A DNA stretch of 64,000 nt, taken from Candidatus Woesebacteria bacterium. GTDB taxonomy: Bacteria; Patescibacteriota; Microgenomatia; UBA8517. Of the stretch, positions 20,586 to 30,794 are shown one piece after another. A program made the translations under genes and the position numbers. Numbering within the stretch: the stretch's first letter is position 1; each line of letters starts with the position of its first letter. The DNA lies in NCBI GenBank assembly GCA_016700095.1, contig CP065002.1:996145-1060144 (forward strand). Reading direction: 5' to 3'. Under the pieces are notes generated by a model. That model did no database searches, had not been told where the DNA came from, and was given only the letters and a program-made list of their open reading frames with translations.

Positions 20586-21593
20586 ATGGACAAAATTATT
20601 CTAATAACAGGTGTATCCGGAGAGGTAGGGATAGGCCTTCTGGACAAATTAAGTAAATCGACAACCAAAGTTGTCGGATTGGATGTCAACGAAGTTAACA
20701 AAGATTATCGTAATAAGCTTTTTAAGTTTATTAAACTAGATATCACGGATAGCGGCGAATTAGACAAACTTTTTGCCAAATACAAATTTGATACCATTTA
20801 CCATCTAGCCGCACTTCTTTCCACCTCGGCAGAAAAAAACCCCGAGAATGCTCACAAAATAAATGTCGATGGAACGTTTAACTTACTTACACTCGCCAAT
20901 AAATATGCCCAAAAAAGGAAAAGTGTAACCAAGTTCATCTTTCCTTCAACTATTGCCGTTTACGGTATGGGGAATTTAAAGAACAAAAATAAATTTACGA
21001 GTGTTAAGGAGAATGAATTTTTAACTCCTATTACCATGTATGGTGTAAATAAGTTGTACTGTGAAAGTTTGGGTAATTATATCAGCAATTACTACAAGCT
21101 ACTGGAAAACAACAAACGATATTTGGATTTCCGGGCGGTTCGATTTCCCGGATTACTAAGCGCTCTGACCACGCCAACGGGTGGAACCAGTGATTACGCC
21201 CCCGAGATGATTCACTATGCAGCCAAAGGCGAGAGTTACGCATGTTTTGTAAGAAATACCTCAACAATTGGCTTTATGGCAATGCCGGATGCGGTGAACG
21301 CTTTACTCACTATTGCATCCTCCAGCAAAAACCGTTTAACGCAATATGTTTACAACGTCGCATCATTTAGCGTTTCGGCTGATGAAATCAAAAAACAAGT
21401 CGAAAAGTACTTTCCCGGTGCAAAAATTTCTTATCGAATAGACGCCAAACGCCAGTCGATTGTTGACAGCTGGCCTCAATCAACAAATGATCAAGCAGCA
21501 AGACGCGATTGGAACTGGAAACCAAAATATACTTTCTCAAAAACTTTCGGAGAGTATTTAATTCCAACCATTAAATTAAAATACCAAAAATAA
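20586..21593 (+). CDS. tdh: NAD-dependent epimerase/dehydratase-fold protein; SDR-type L-threonine 3-dehydrogenase inferred from kbl linkage
   Basis: Rossmann motif GVSGEVG and an extended-SDR Y..K region. The tight kbl linkage suggests a GalE-like Tdh. Confidence 0.6.
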   Translation: MDKIILITGVSGEVGIGLLDKLSKSTTKVVGLDVNEVNKDYRNKLFKFIKLDITDSGELDKLFAKYKFDTIYHLAALLSTSAEKNPENAHKINVDGTFNLLTLANKYAQKRKSVTKFIFPSTIAVYGMGNLKNKNKFTSVKENEFLTPITMYGVNKLYCESLGNYISNYYKLLENNKRYLDFRAVRFPGLLSALTTPTGGTSDYAPEMIHYAAKGESYACFVRNTSTIGFMAMPDAVNALLTIASSSKNRLTQYVYNVASFSVSADEIKKQVEKYFPGAKISYRIDAKRQSIVDSWPQSTNDQAARRDWNWKPKYTFSKTFGEYLIPTIKLKYQK

Positions 21594-22049
21594 TTACAAG
21601 CGGTTTAACCACTTATTCCCCAGGTAAATTGAAGCAATGATGCTGATCACCATAATACATTGCCAATATATCTGATACACAAACCAAATTGAATCGTTGT
21701 GAAATATCTTTAGTAATCTCGGAAATCTCTCTACCGGATTTCTCACCTTGTCTGAATATTGCTGATTTAACCAGTAAAGAGTTTCACCTAAACCTCTGAC
21801 ACCCCAAAACACACAATATATCAATAGAAAAAGTATCCAATCTTGTAGTACTAGAGAAATTACAGCACCGATAACCCAAAAAATTCCAAAGACAACCGCA
21901 TCAGCCCATACAAAAGCACCAATAATATTAATAGGCAGAAAGGTTCCATGAGTATTTTTCCGATATTTGCATTCATAATAACCCCTGACAAAAAAGACAA
22001 AGGCAACGAAAGCAAAAATGTATATCAAGACAAATTGCCAGTTAGTCAT
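21594..22049 (-). CDS. Hypothetical polytopic membrane protein
   Basis: 151 aa with about 4 TM helices. No motif. Confidence 0.4.
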   Translation of the reverse strand: MTNWQFVLIYIFAFVAFVFFVRGYYECKYRKNTHGTFLPINIIGAFVWADAVVFGIFWVIGAVISLVLQDWILFLLIYCVFWGVRGLGETLYWLNQQYSDKVRNPVERFPRLLKIFHNDSIWFVYQIYWQCIMVISIIASIYLGNKWLNRL

Positions 22050-22093
22050 AGTTGGTTAATTGAAAAATTATAAATTTGATCATTCCAACATCA

Positions 22094-23437
22094 TCAAACT
22101 CTTCCGCGGAGAATCATTGCATCAATTATTCTTTTGATACCCGAAATATATGCGGCTTTTCGGTACGTGATTTTTTTATCTAGTTTAATGGAATGAATTT
22201 CATTGAAGGATTTAGATAAAATACTTTTGAGTTGTTCATTAACATATTCTTTCGTCCACTTATATCCGTAAAGGTTTTGAACCCATTCAAAATAGCTTAC
22301 CGTTACACCACCGGCATTACTTAGGACATCGGGTAATATATCTATTTTGTTAGTACTTAATATCTCATCAGCTTCAGGAGTCGTCGGCCCATTTGCCAAT
22401 TCGAGAACAACCTTTGCTCTGACACTGCGTGCAGTATGTTCGTTGATGACATTTTCAAGTGCTGCTGGAACTAATACATCAACATCTAATCCGATTAGCT
22501 CTTCATTTGATAAAAGCGTTTTGGAATTTACTTTGCCAACTTCCTGTAAAGATCCTAAAGCTTTTTTACCTTGCATCATTTTTTCCGGATTTAATCCTTT
22601 TTTATCAAATATCGCACCTGAAGAATCGGATACGCACACAATTTTATAACCGGCGGCATACGCAAGTTGAGAAAACCAATATCCGACATTACCAAAACCC
22701 ATAACTGCTATTTTTGTCTCTTGGGCCTTCATTTTGTAGTTACGAACATATTCATCGAGAACAAACAGTCCGCCTTGTCCGGTTGCTTCGTTTCGCCCCA
22801 AGGAACCACCTAAAACAATAGGTTTACCTGTGAAAGCCGCAGGTTCTTGGTGACCCAAGGCTTCTTCGTAACTTTCCAAAAACCATGCCATTGTTTGACT
22901 GTCGGTATTAACATCCGGTGCAGGAACATCAACCCATGCACCAATAAATGACTCCAGCCATTTAGCATATGCTTTTGATAATTTTTCGTTTTCGGACAAA
23001 CTAAGTTTCGAAGGATCAACACAAACACCCCCCTTTCCACCACCAAACGGAATATCAACAACAGCACACTTCGTCGTCATCCACATAGCAAGAGCTTTTA
23101 CCTCGTCTTCATTAACCTTTTCATGAAACCTAACGCCGCCTTTAAACGGACCGCGTGCGTTATTGTGTTGCATTCTGTAAGCTTTGAAACTCTTCGACTT
23201 GCCATTGTCTAATTTAATCGTAAGATTTTTTTTATGTATCTTCTGAGGAACCTTGAGCAGTTTAACAGCATTGGAGAACTTTTTTTTATCTTGATAATCA
23301 TTAGCAATTAAGTCAACGATATCATCCAGTTGTTTTTTAGCAGTATTGTAAGGATTTGAATTAATCATGTGTCCTATTATATACCATTGGAAGTTTATAC
23401 GGATTGTAATATTTCGAATAAATACCCGGGTAGTCAA
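22094..23437 (-). CDS. gdhA: Glu/Leu/Phe/Val dehydrogenase family enzyme, probably glutamate dehydrogenase
   Basis: GDH motifs KGGVRFH and IPFGGGKGG, plus an NAD(P) Rossmann motif GFGNVG. The true start is probably MINSNPY (around 23368). Confidence 0.8.
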   Translation of the reverse strand: MTTRVFIRNITIRINFQWYIIGHMINSNPYNTAKKQLDDIVDLIANDYQDKKKFSNAVKLLKVPQKIHKKNLTIKLDNGKSKSFKAYRMQHNNARGPFKGGVRFHEKVNEDEVKALAMWMTTKCAVVDIPFGGGKGGVCVDPSKLSLSENEKLSKAYAKWLESFIGAWVDVPAPDVNTDSQTMAWFLESYEEALGHQEPAAFTGKPIVLGGSLGRNEATGQGGLFVLDEYVRNYKMKAQETKIAVMGFGNVGYWFSQLAYAAGYKIVCVSDSSGAIFDKKGLNPEKMMQGKKALGSLQEVGKVNSKTLLSNEELIGLDVDVLVPAALENVINEHTARSVRAKVVLELANGPTTPEADEILSTNKIDILPDVLSNAGGVTVSYFEWVQNLYGYKWTKEYVNEQLKSILSKSFNEIHSIKLDKKITYRKAAYISGIKRIIDAMILRGRV

Positions 23438-24245
23438 TCACTTCACCTCCAAAACTTTTTTTGAATCGCGTAAAACCTTTCCATGATTTAAGAGGGTATC
23501 GTTCATCAAATATCCCTTCAAAATCAAAATAATTATTTTGTTTTTCTTTCGAATAAAGAATCGCATTCCAGGCAAGAAATGTAGGTGCAGATAACTTCTT
23601 GCCTTCCTGGGTTGAATACGCATACATGTAATACCCGACCTTGTTTGAAAATATAAGCAATATGCCACCAACATTATTTGTATTTAAGTTTGCGAGTAAC
23701 ACATGTGCACGTTTTCCAAATGATGCATAAATGTTATTTATTTCACGCTTCTGTGAAATCCACATACCCCTTTCTTTGGCGCAATTCTGCCAATTTCGAG
23801 CAAATAATTCGATATCTCGTGAAATACCTAACGACAATCCTTTACGTGTCGACAAGCTGACGTTGTATCTAGTTTTATAATGCATATCGGTAAGCAGTTC
23901 CTTCTCGGATTTATGTAGATTGATTCGTATTGTTTTGGTGGGCAAAGAAGGTGTTTTACACACAACAAATCCATGGTTTAAATAATATACGGATTGCTCT
24001 TTGGTGCGTGGTTCGACATAAACCAAAAAACCACGGCGTTTAACACACACTGAACTTATTGCTTCATTGGGAATGATTTTTGAAGGTCGTTGTATCTTTA
24101 TTATCGACAAACCCAGAAACGGGAGTTTCTTTGAATATATATAGTCGTTACCTATCTCATCAACATTCCAATTAAGAGTCGTTAGATAATTGGCGAATTT
24201 GGCATCTTGTCTTATATCCCACATTAGACAATTGTACAACCTCAA
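23361..24245 (-). CDS. FemAB-like / GNAT-fold peptidoglycan-bridge transferase-like protein (tentative)
   Basis: 294 aa. General resemblance to the FemAB/lipid II aminoacyltransferase family. No catalytic motif could be verified by eye. Confidence 0.35.
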   Translation of the reverse strand: MRLYNCLMWDIRQDAKFANYLTTLNWNVDEIGNDYIYSKKLPFLGLSIIKIQRPSKIIPNEAISSVCVKRRGFLVYVEPRTKEQSVYYLNHGFVVCKTPSLPTKTIRINLHKSEKELLTDMHYKTRYNVSLSTRKGLSLGISRDIELFARNWQNCAKERGMWISQKREINNIYASFGKRAHVLLANLNTNNVGGILLIFSNKVGYYMYAYSTQEGKKLSAPTFLAWNAILYSKEKQNNYFDFEGIFDERYPLKSWKGFTRFKKSFGGEVIDYPGIYSKYYNPYKLPMVYNRTHD

Positions 24246-24263
24246 AAAGTTTATAGTGAAGTA

Positions 24264-24698
24264 TTAGTTAGACAATTCCCCGATCATGAAATTTTTTAGC
24301 GTGTCTTTTGCCCTATCGGAATGAGGAGTGCCTGATCCCATCGGTCTGGTATTAAATAATTGTGTCGCATCAATGCCACACCCTTCTACAATCGCATCGC
24401 CGCCGGGATGTTTTTGGTCGGCGATAAATTTAGTTACATCATAAACGTTATTATCAATTACTAACCAGCAGTCTTGGGGATTATTGTGTTGTTCTATTTG
24501 AGAAATTGTATACACATCAGTTTCACTAGCTTGTTCTTCGTTTTGATCATTGGCTTCCAAGACATTTGTCTGTAACTCCTCGCTTCCTATTTTTTCAGTA
24601 ACAGCCGTGTTGTTTTCATTATCACTATTTACATAATAAAAATATCCCCCAACAACGGTAAGTAGTAATACACCAACGATAACAAGTTTGCTTTTCAT
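24264..24698 (-). CDS. Secreted or anchored cytochrome b5-like heme-binding domain protein
   Basis: N-terminal TM, then HNNPQDCWLVIDNNVYDVTKFIADQKHPGG (cytochrome b5 HPGG signature). Confidence 0.6.
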   Translation of the reverse strand: MKSKLVIVGVLLLTVVGGYFYYVNSDNENNTAVTEKIGSEELQTNVLEANDQNEEQASETDVYTISQIEQHNNPQDCWLVIDNNVYDVTKFIADQKHPGGDAIVEGCGIDATQLFNTRPMGSGTPHSDRAKDTLKNFMIGELSN

Positions 24699-24796
24699 TT
24701 AGATTAGCCATCTTACTGAATGAAAATATCAATTGCAAGTTTCAATTTGATATTCGGAAAGTTAAAATACTATTTTGTGATATGTTATTTATAAAA

Positions 24797-25369
24797 TTAA
24801 TGTACTTGTCTCAGGATGGATACCAGTTCGGCATTAAATACATAACTAATGAAAACAATATAAATTCCCACTACGGGAAATACCAAATACTTCTCCTGCC
24901 ATTTGCCGGTTGTAATTCTTAGTGCACGTATTGGCGGAAAACCCAATTCAAATCCGATCGGAAAAAATAACGGTAGACCTTCTTTTGTCAAACTGTCAGC
25001 AATCAAATGAGATATGTAGCCTATCATGATACTAATCGTAAGCAAATTTACATCCACCATGTGAGAATTAATAAATTTCGGCAATGCATAGTCAAGCAAT
25101 TTATATATCAAAAACATCCCAACCAATGAGTGGGTAAGTGTTCTGTGTTTGTAAAATATTTTTCGAAATACTTTTGCCAGGTGGTCACCAAGAGGCAGTA
25201 AATCCCAAAGTCTGTTCCCTGCTTGATCCATGTCGGGTATAAGCGCACCAACAATATTTCCCACAAGACATGACATTAAAGTTATCAGATTAATCCCACT
25301 TGGCGGGGATATCCCGGCAACCGTTAGAAGTGAAGCAAATGCAAACACATCATGCGTACGAGCAGTCAT
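24797..25369 (-). CDS. Membrane-bound metal-dependent hydrolase (YdjM/DUF457-like)
   Basis: Polytopic, with a conserved H..D metal motif (HLIADSLT) and a YdjM-like layout. Confidence 0.45.
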   Translation of the reverse strand: MTARTHDVFAFASLLTVAGISPPSGINLITLMSCLVGNIVGALIPDMDQAGNRLWDLLPLGDHLAKVFRKIFYKHRTLTHSLVGMFLIYKLLDYALPKFINSHMVDVNLLTISIMIGYISHLIADSLTKEGLPLFFPIGFELGFPPIRALRITTGKWQEKYLVFPVVGIYIVFISYVFNAELVSILRQVH

Positions 25370-25384
25370 GAAAATAGTATAACA

Positions 25385-26395
25385 CTAGCTACGCCACCCG
25401 GTAGGTTGTTTGCCATACCAAGCAATCAAAGATTTAATTGAGTCACTAACATTTCTTTGTGGTTTCCAATTTAGTATTTTTTCTGCCTTTTTGATATCGG
25501 CGATCATTTTGGTTGCCTCACCTTTTCTTTTCTCCCCTGCTTTGAGATCAAATTTTTTTCCTGTCAATTCTTGAACCACCTTGACAATTTCCAATACCGA
25601 ATTCCCCTCACCGGTTCCCAGATTAATAATTTCATTTTTTCCATCCTTCTCTAAATACTCAATTGCCTTTAGATGGGCTTCATTGAGATCAACTACATTC
25701 ACATAATCTCTAATCGGCGTAGAGTCGGGTGTGTCAACTTGTGGACATGTTAACAAAAATTCTTCAATACCTAACGCCCCGCGGACAGCGTTTTGTATTA
25801 ATAGGACAGATGGCTTTTTGGAATCTCCAATCAAACCATCATCGCTTGCACCACAAACATTGAAATACCTTAAAATTACATATTTTAAGCCTCTGGTTTT
25901 TCCATGCCATTCGATTATTTTTTCGGTAATTAATTTTGATTCTCCATATGGACTCTCAGGTCCGGTTGGGTGTTTGTCGTCAATGGGAATATACTGTGCC
26001 GGTGCATATACTGTACATGTTGACGAAAACACAATGTTAGTCACATTATTGGCAAGCATAGTTGTCAACAAATTTTGTGTTCCGCATACGTTATTCGTAA
26101 AGTACATCTCTGGCTTTTCCATTGATTCGCTTACTAAACAATATGCTGCGTAATGGAGGACTGATTTAATTTTATTGTTTTCAAAAATATCCGTTAAATC
26201 ATCGTGCAGATCTCTTTTATAAATCGACAAACTCTCTTTTCCAAACATGTCCTGGAGAAGTTTGAGCGGTTCCTCGTAACCTCGACTAAAATTGTCCAAA
26301 GCGACTACTTTGTAACCTTTTTGTAAAACAAGATAAGTTGCAACACTACCAATATACCCCCCGGCGCCGGTTATGAGAATTTTTGATTTATCCAT
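25385..26395 (-). CDS. galE: UDP-glucose 4-epimerase
   Basis: TGAGGYIGS Rossmann motif, S..YxxxK catalytic region, about 336 aa. Confidence 0.75.
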   Translation of the reverse strand: MDKSKILITGAGGYIGSVATYLVLQKGYKVVALDNFSRGYEEPLKLLQDMFGKESLSIYKRDLHDDLTDIFENNKIKSVLHYAAYCLVSESMEKPEMYFTNNVCGTQNLLTTMLANNVTNIVFSSTCTVYAPAQYIPIDDKHPTGPESPYGESKLITEKIIEWHGKTRGLKYVILRYFNVCGASDDGLIGDSKKPSVLLIQNAVRGALGIEEFLLTCPQVDTPDSTPIRDYVNVVDLNEAHLKAIEYLEKDGKNEIINLGTGEGNSVLEIVKVVQELTGKKFDLKAGEKRKGEATKMIADIKKAEKILNWKPQRNVSDSIKSLIAWYGKQPTGWRS

Positions 26396-26449
26396 AAATT
26401 ATGTTAATAATATGTGCCATTCAAAAAAAACAACATGCTCCGCACGTCG

Positions 26450-26767
26450 TTAATACTTTTTCGAATATTCAAAATACAATTTTTCACGATCATCCTCAAT
26501 TTTTTTTAGTTGTTTTTCCACATTATGTTTGGCAATCTCTAAATTCGGTTTTAGTCTTAAATCAATAGCCCGATCCATTTCCGCCCATTGCATTAACAAT
26601 TGCTTCCTTCTATTGTCTAATCCTTCTTTAATATACTGTAATTGTGCATGGTAACTAAGACCACTCCATTCCTTACACAAGGACAGTACTTCGGGGTCAT
26701 ATTCACCCAGATCAACAGCTTTTTGAATTGACATGTTCTCACTATTGTCTTTCCTTTTGGTTGTCAT
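26450..26767 (-). CDS. Hypothetical small cytoplasmic protein
   Basis: 105 aa, charged and helical. No motif. Confidence 0.3.
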   Translation of the reverse strand: MTTKRKDNSENMSIQKAVDLGEYDPEVLSLCKEWSGLSYHAQLQYIKEGLDNRRKQLLMQWAEMDRAIDLRLKPNLEIAKHNVEKQLKKIEDDREKLYFEYSKKY

Positions 26768-26773
26768 AAAAAC

Positions 26774-29614
26774 TCATAAATTATGATACGGTGCATTGAT
26801 TAGACCGCATTTTTTATATTTATATGGTTTTCCCGTATTTGGATTAATAGCTCCACATGGACATGGATCATTTCTACCTGGAGCCTTTGAGCTAACTTTT
26901 TTGTTCTCATGCGATTTGTTGGCAAGTGCATTTTGTATCTGCTTTGAAGAACTTGGTCTGAAAGCTGGTTTTCCCGCCAGTGCTGTGAAATCGGCATCTC
27001 CCGACAAACCGGTATTGTCCGAAGCATCGACATTTGTCCTCGCCATTTCAAGCGGAATCTCGGACTGGAAACGTGACGTAACTTGCGTCCTAAACAATCT
27101 GTTTGTTAATTCAGCATCGATACGATCAATTAAACCTTCAAAGGCACTGAAGGCTTCATTTTTAAATTCTGCCTTTGGATCCCTTTGAGCCGCACCTCGA
27201 AGTCCAACCGCCGTCCTTAAACCATCAATAAAGTCTATATGCTCTATCCACAAGTGGTCGATTGAACTAAGATAGGAATACTTTTCGATTTGGCGCATTA
27301 CCTTGTCACTAACTTGTTTTTCCCGCGAGGAGTATACATCGGATACGACTTTCATGATAAGTTCTTTTCTGTCATTGTCCGATTTCCTTTTTTCAAGTTC
27401 CATTTTCACCCTATCTCGCGATGCTTCATCAAAAGGAATGATATCAAGTAAATTTACAACCGCTTTTTCGCTGTCAAATTTTCCGGAGCTTGACGATAGA
27501 ACAATAATTTTTTCAATTTGCTTTTCTAGTTTCTCATAAATTTCATCTTTTATATTTTCCGATTCAAGAATCTTGTTTCTCAGTTTATACACAATGTCGC
27601 GTTGCTGGTTTGCCACATCGTCATACTCAACCACATTTTTGCGGGTATCAAAATGGGAACCTTCCACTTTTACCTGAGCCTGTTCGATTGCACGAGAGAT
27701 AAGCTTGTTTTCAATTGGCTGATCATCCGGCAATTTTAATCTATCCATTAATGACCTGATTTGATCTCCGCCAAAAACCCTCATCAAGTCATCCTCTAAA
27801 GATAAATAAAATCTCGTAGATCCTGGGTCACCCTGCCTTCCCGACCGACCTCGCAACTGATTGTCTATTCTTCTTGATTCATGCCTTTCCGTCCCAATCA
27901 CATGTAGTCCACCTGCCTTAATAACTTTCTCGTGGTCTTGTTTCCATTTTTTGTAGGCTTTAGATTCTTTATAAACACTCTCGTTCTGATTATCTTGTCT
28001 TTCTGGTTTTGAACCTCCGAGCACAATATCGACACCGCGTCCCGCCATATTAGTTGCAACAGTAATCGCTCCCGGCTTACCGGCACCTGAAATAATCAAG
28101 GCTTCTTTCTCGTGGTTTTTCGCATTTAAAACATTATGGTCGATTTTTTTTCTTTTTAAGTAAAGACTAATGATTTCGTTTTTTTCAATCGACGTTGTTC
28201 CGACCAAAACAGGCTGACCGATTTTTCTTTTCATCTCTATTTCTTCCACGATCGCTTGGTGCTTTGCCTTCAAAGTTTTATACACCAAGTCCGACATATC
28301 TTCTCGTGCAACCGGTTCGTTTGTCGGAACGACAACTACATCACGATTATAAATTTTCCTAAATTCTTCAGCCTCAGTTGCGGCAGTTCCGGTCATTCCC
28401 GATAACACCTCATACATACGAAAATAATTCTGGAATGATATTGTTGCCAATGTCTTGCTTTCTTGTTGAATATGCACCTTTTCTTTTGCTTCAACAGCTT
28501 GATGCATGCCATCATTCCAACGCCTTCCGGGCATCAAGCGACCCGTAAATTCATCAACTATCACCACTTGACCTTCCTGAATAACATACTCTTTATCCAG
28601 ACGATAAAGGGATTTTGCCCGAAGCGCGTTTTCAATATGATGAATCGTTGTATAATCATTTTCGTACAAATTATCGACACCCATCAGTTTTTCTACTTTA
28701 GTAATTCCCTGCTCGGTTAAACTGGCACTTCTCGTTTTTTCGTCAACCAAGTAATCAACATCCGGTTTCAATTTGTCGACCATGCCGGCAAATTGCACAT
28801 ACTTTTCAGTAGGCTCGGTGTCAGGAGCTGAAATAATTAAGGGGGTTCTAGCCTCATCGATTAGGACAGAATCAACCTCGTCAACGACTGCATAATAATG
28901 GCCACGCTGAACCTTGTCTTCCAAGCTTTGAACCATATTGTCACGTAAGTAATCAAATCCAAATTCATTATTTGTTCCATATGTGATATCTGCAGCATAA
29001 GCTTCTTTTCGCCCACAAGGTTTCAAGTGCTGAAGTCTTTCGTCACCATGAGTTTTGTCAATAAAATTGATATCAAAAATAAGTGATTTTCCTTCCTGAA
29101 CAATTACCCCCACACTTTGCCCCAACAAGTGAAACGCAGGAGCATTCCAACCAGCATCACGTCTGGCAAGGTAATCGTTAACAGTCACAAGATGAACACC
29201 CTTGCCGGCTAAAGCTCGCAAATACAAAGCGGGAACCGCAGCAAGTGTTTTGCCTTCACCGGTTTTTTGCTCGATTATTTTTCCCTGGAAAAGTGCTACA
29301 GCGGCCATCATTTGCACGTCGTAAGGATATAAACCGATTCTACGCAAAGAAGCTTCTCTTGCAAGCGCCATCCCTTCAACAACAATACTCTCGAGGGATT
29401 CACCTTTGTCTAATCTGTTTTTGAATTCTAATGTTTTTCTGGGAAAGTCGCTATCTTTAAGTTTTTTACAATCGCTTGACAGTTTATTTATCTCGTCGAC
29501 CGTTTTCTGTAATTTATCTAATTCCTTTTTATTTACATCCAGAAATTTGCTGAAAACATTTGTAAACATAACAATACATTGTACCAAATCATTTGGTGCG
29601 TGGCTATTGACCAA
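26774..29614 (-). CDS. secA: Preprotein translocase ATPase SecA
   Basis: DEAD-like motor motifs and a C-terminal Zn-finger (CPCGAINPNTGKPYKYKKCG). The true start is likely the MFTNVFSKFL Met. Confidence 0.9.
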   Translation of the reverse strand: MVNSHAPNDLVQCIVMFTNVFSKFLDVNKKELDKLQKTVDEINKLSSDCKKLKDSDFPRKTLEFKNRLDKGESLESIVVEGMALAREASLRRIGLYPYDVQMMAAVALFQGKIIEQKTGEGKTLAAVPALYLRALAGKGVHLVTVNDYLARRDAGWNAPAFHLLGQSVGVIVQEGKSLIFDINFIDKTHGDERLQHLKPCGRKEAYAADITYGTNNEFGFDYLRDNMVQSLEDKVQRGHYYAVVDEVDSVLIDEARTPLIISAPDTEPTEKYVQFAGMVDKLKPDVDYLVDEKTRSASLTEQGITKVEKLMGVDNLYENDYTTIHHIENALRAKSLYRLDKEYVIQEGQVVIVDEFTGRLMPGRRWNDGMHQAVEAKEKVHIQQESKTLATISFQNYFRMYEVLSGMTGTAATEAEEFRKIYNRDVVVVPTNEPVAREDMSDLVYKTLKAKHQAIVEEIEMKRKIGQPVLVGTTSIEKNEIISLYLKRKKIDHNVLNAKNHEKEALIISGAGKPGAITVATNMAGRGVDIVLGGSKPERQDNQNESVYKESKAYKKWKQDHEKVIKAGGLHVIGTERHESRRIDNQLRGRSGRQGDPGSTRFYLSLEDDLMRVFGGDQIRSLMDRLKLPDDQPIENKLISRAIEQAQVKVEGSHFDTRKNVVEYDDVANQQRDIVYKLRNKILESENIKDEIYEKLEKQIEKIIVLSSSSGKFDSEKAVVNLLDIIPFDEASRDRVKMELEKRKSDNDRKELIMKVVSDVYSSREKQVSDKVMRQIEKYSYLSSIDHLWIEHIDFIDGLRTAVGLRGAAQRDPKAEFKNEAFSAFEGLIDRIDAELTNRLFRTQVTSRFQSEIPLEMARTNVDASDNTGLSGDADFTALAGKPAFRPSSSKQIQNALANKSHENKKVSSKAPGRNDPCPCGAINPNTGKPYKYKKCGLINAPYHNL

Positions 29615-29644
29615 ACTAAGTATTCTAAATAAAATGATAACTAT

Positions 29645-30793
29645 ATGAAAAAATTCAGGTTATTTATCGTCCTTTTACTTTTATCACTGGTCGTGCCAAT
29701 TACTACCACCGCTATTTACGCCCGTGATCATTCGGAGTCTCCTAAAATTACCTCACTTTCTCAGGATAAGGTAATAGATGGTGACTATTTGGCATTTGGT
29801 GAGCGTGTAGAAATATATGGTACGGTAAATGGTGATGTATATGCAGCCGGAGGAATAGTAATAGTACAAGGAAAAATAAACGGAGATGTTCTCGTCGCCG
29901 GTGGCGAAGTTATCATTGGAGGAAGTGTGAGTCAAAACGTTAGAGTACTCGGTGGAAACGTTAGTGTAACAGGTGACGTAGGGCGCAATCTATCTTTTGG
30001 AGCAGGAAATGTTAATGTGACTGAATCCGCACATATACTTGGAAATATAGTCGGGGCAAGTGGAAATACATATTTGTCGGGTCGTATCGATGGTGACATA
30101 AAAACTGGTAACGGAACTCTCACGCTGTCAAATGTTGTTGGTGGTAATGTGGAATCAAATGTCGAAGACTTAAGACTTACCTCAAAAGCTTCTGTTACCG
30201 GAGATCTGACTTACTGGAGCTACTATGACGCTTCAATTGACGAAACTGCAACAGTAGGCGGTACGGTTACGAAAAAAGTATCCATTGTTCCATCCACACC
30301 ACAAGACGACCTTGCAATAGCAAAAACGGTTAATCATGGATTTCGCGTTTATTGGTTTGTTAGTACATTCTTGTTTGGCATAATATTTGTAAAATTGTTC
30401 TCAAAATGCATATCAAATATAGCTAATGTAATTGATAAAAAGCCTTGGCTTAGTTTGGGGTATGGTTTCGTGTCTTTTATTATGCTTCCAATATTAATTA
30501 TATTAGTTTTTATCACCATCGTCGGCATACCAACGGCAACATTTTTAATGTTTGCTTATTTCATGGCACTTTACCTTGCTAAATTCTTTACAATGACGTG
30601 GGTTGGGGCACTTATTTTGAAGAAAATAAATAAAGCACAAACACCAATGAAAATGTTTGTAGTAGGTTTTCTCGTTTATTCGATTCTTAAGGTTATTCCT
30701 GTTGTTGGATTTTTATCATCCCTTGGTTTCCTGCTCGTTGGCTTAGGGTCACTGCTACTTTATTTCAAACAAACACACTTTGAGAAGAAGTAA
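29645..30793 (+). CDS. Secreted bactofilin-like beta-helix repeat protein with a C-terminal 4-TM anchor
   Basis: Signal peptide, then repeated GDV..GG..I.G.V pseudo-repeats (GDVYAAGGIVIVQGKINGDVLVAGGEVIIGG...), and four C-terminal TM helices. Confidence 0.5.
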   Translation: MKKFRLFIVLLLLSLVVPITTTAIYARDHSESPKITSLSQDKVIDGDYLAFGERVEIYGTVNGDVYAAGGIVIVQGKINGDVLVAGGEVIIGGSVSQNVRVLGGNVSVTGDVGRNLSFGAGNVNVTESAHILGNIVGASGNTYLSGRIDGDIKTGNGTLTLSNVVGGNVESNVEDLRLTSKASVTGDLTYWSYYDASIDETATVGGTVTKKVSIVPSTPQDDLAIAKTVNHGFRVYWFVSTFLFGIIFVKLFSKCISNIANVIDKKPWLSLGYGFVSFIMLPILIILVFITIVGIPTATFLMFAYFMALYLAKFFTMTWVGALILKKINKAQTPMKMFVVGFLVYSILKVIPVVGFLSSLGFLLVGLGSLLLYFKQTHFEKK

Positions 30794-30794
30794 A

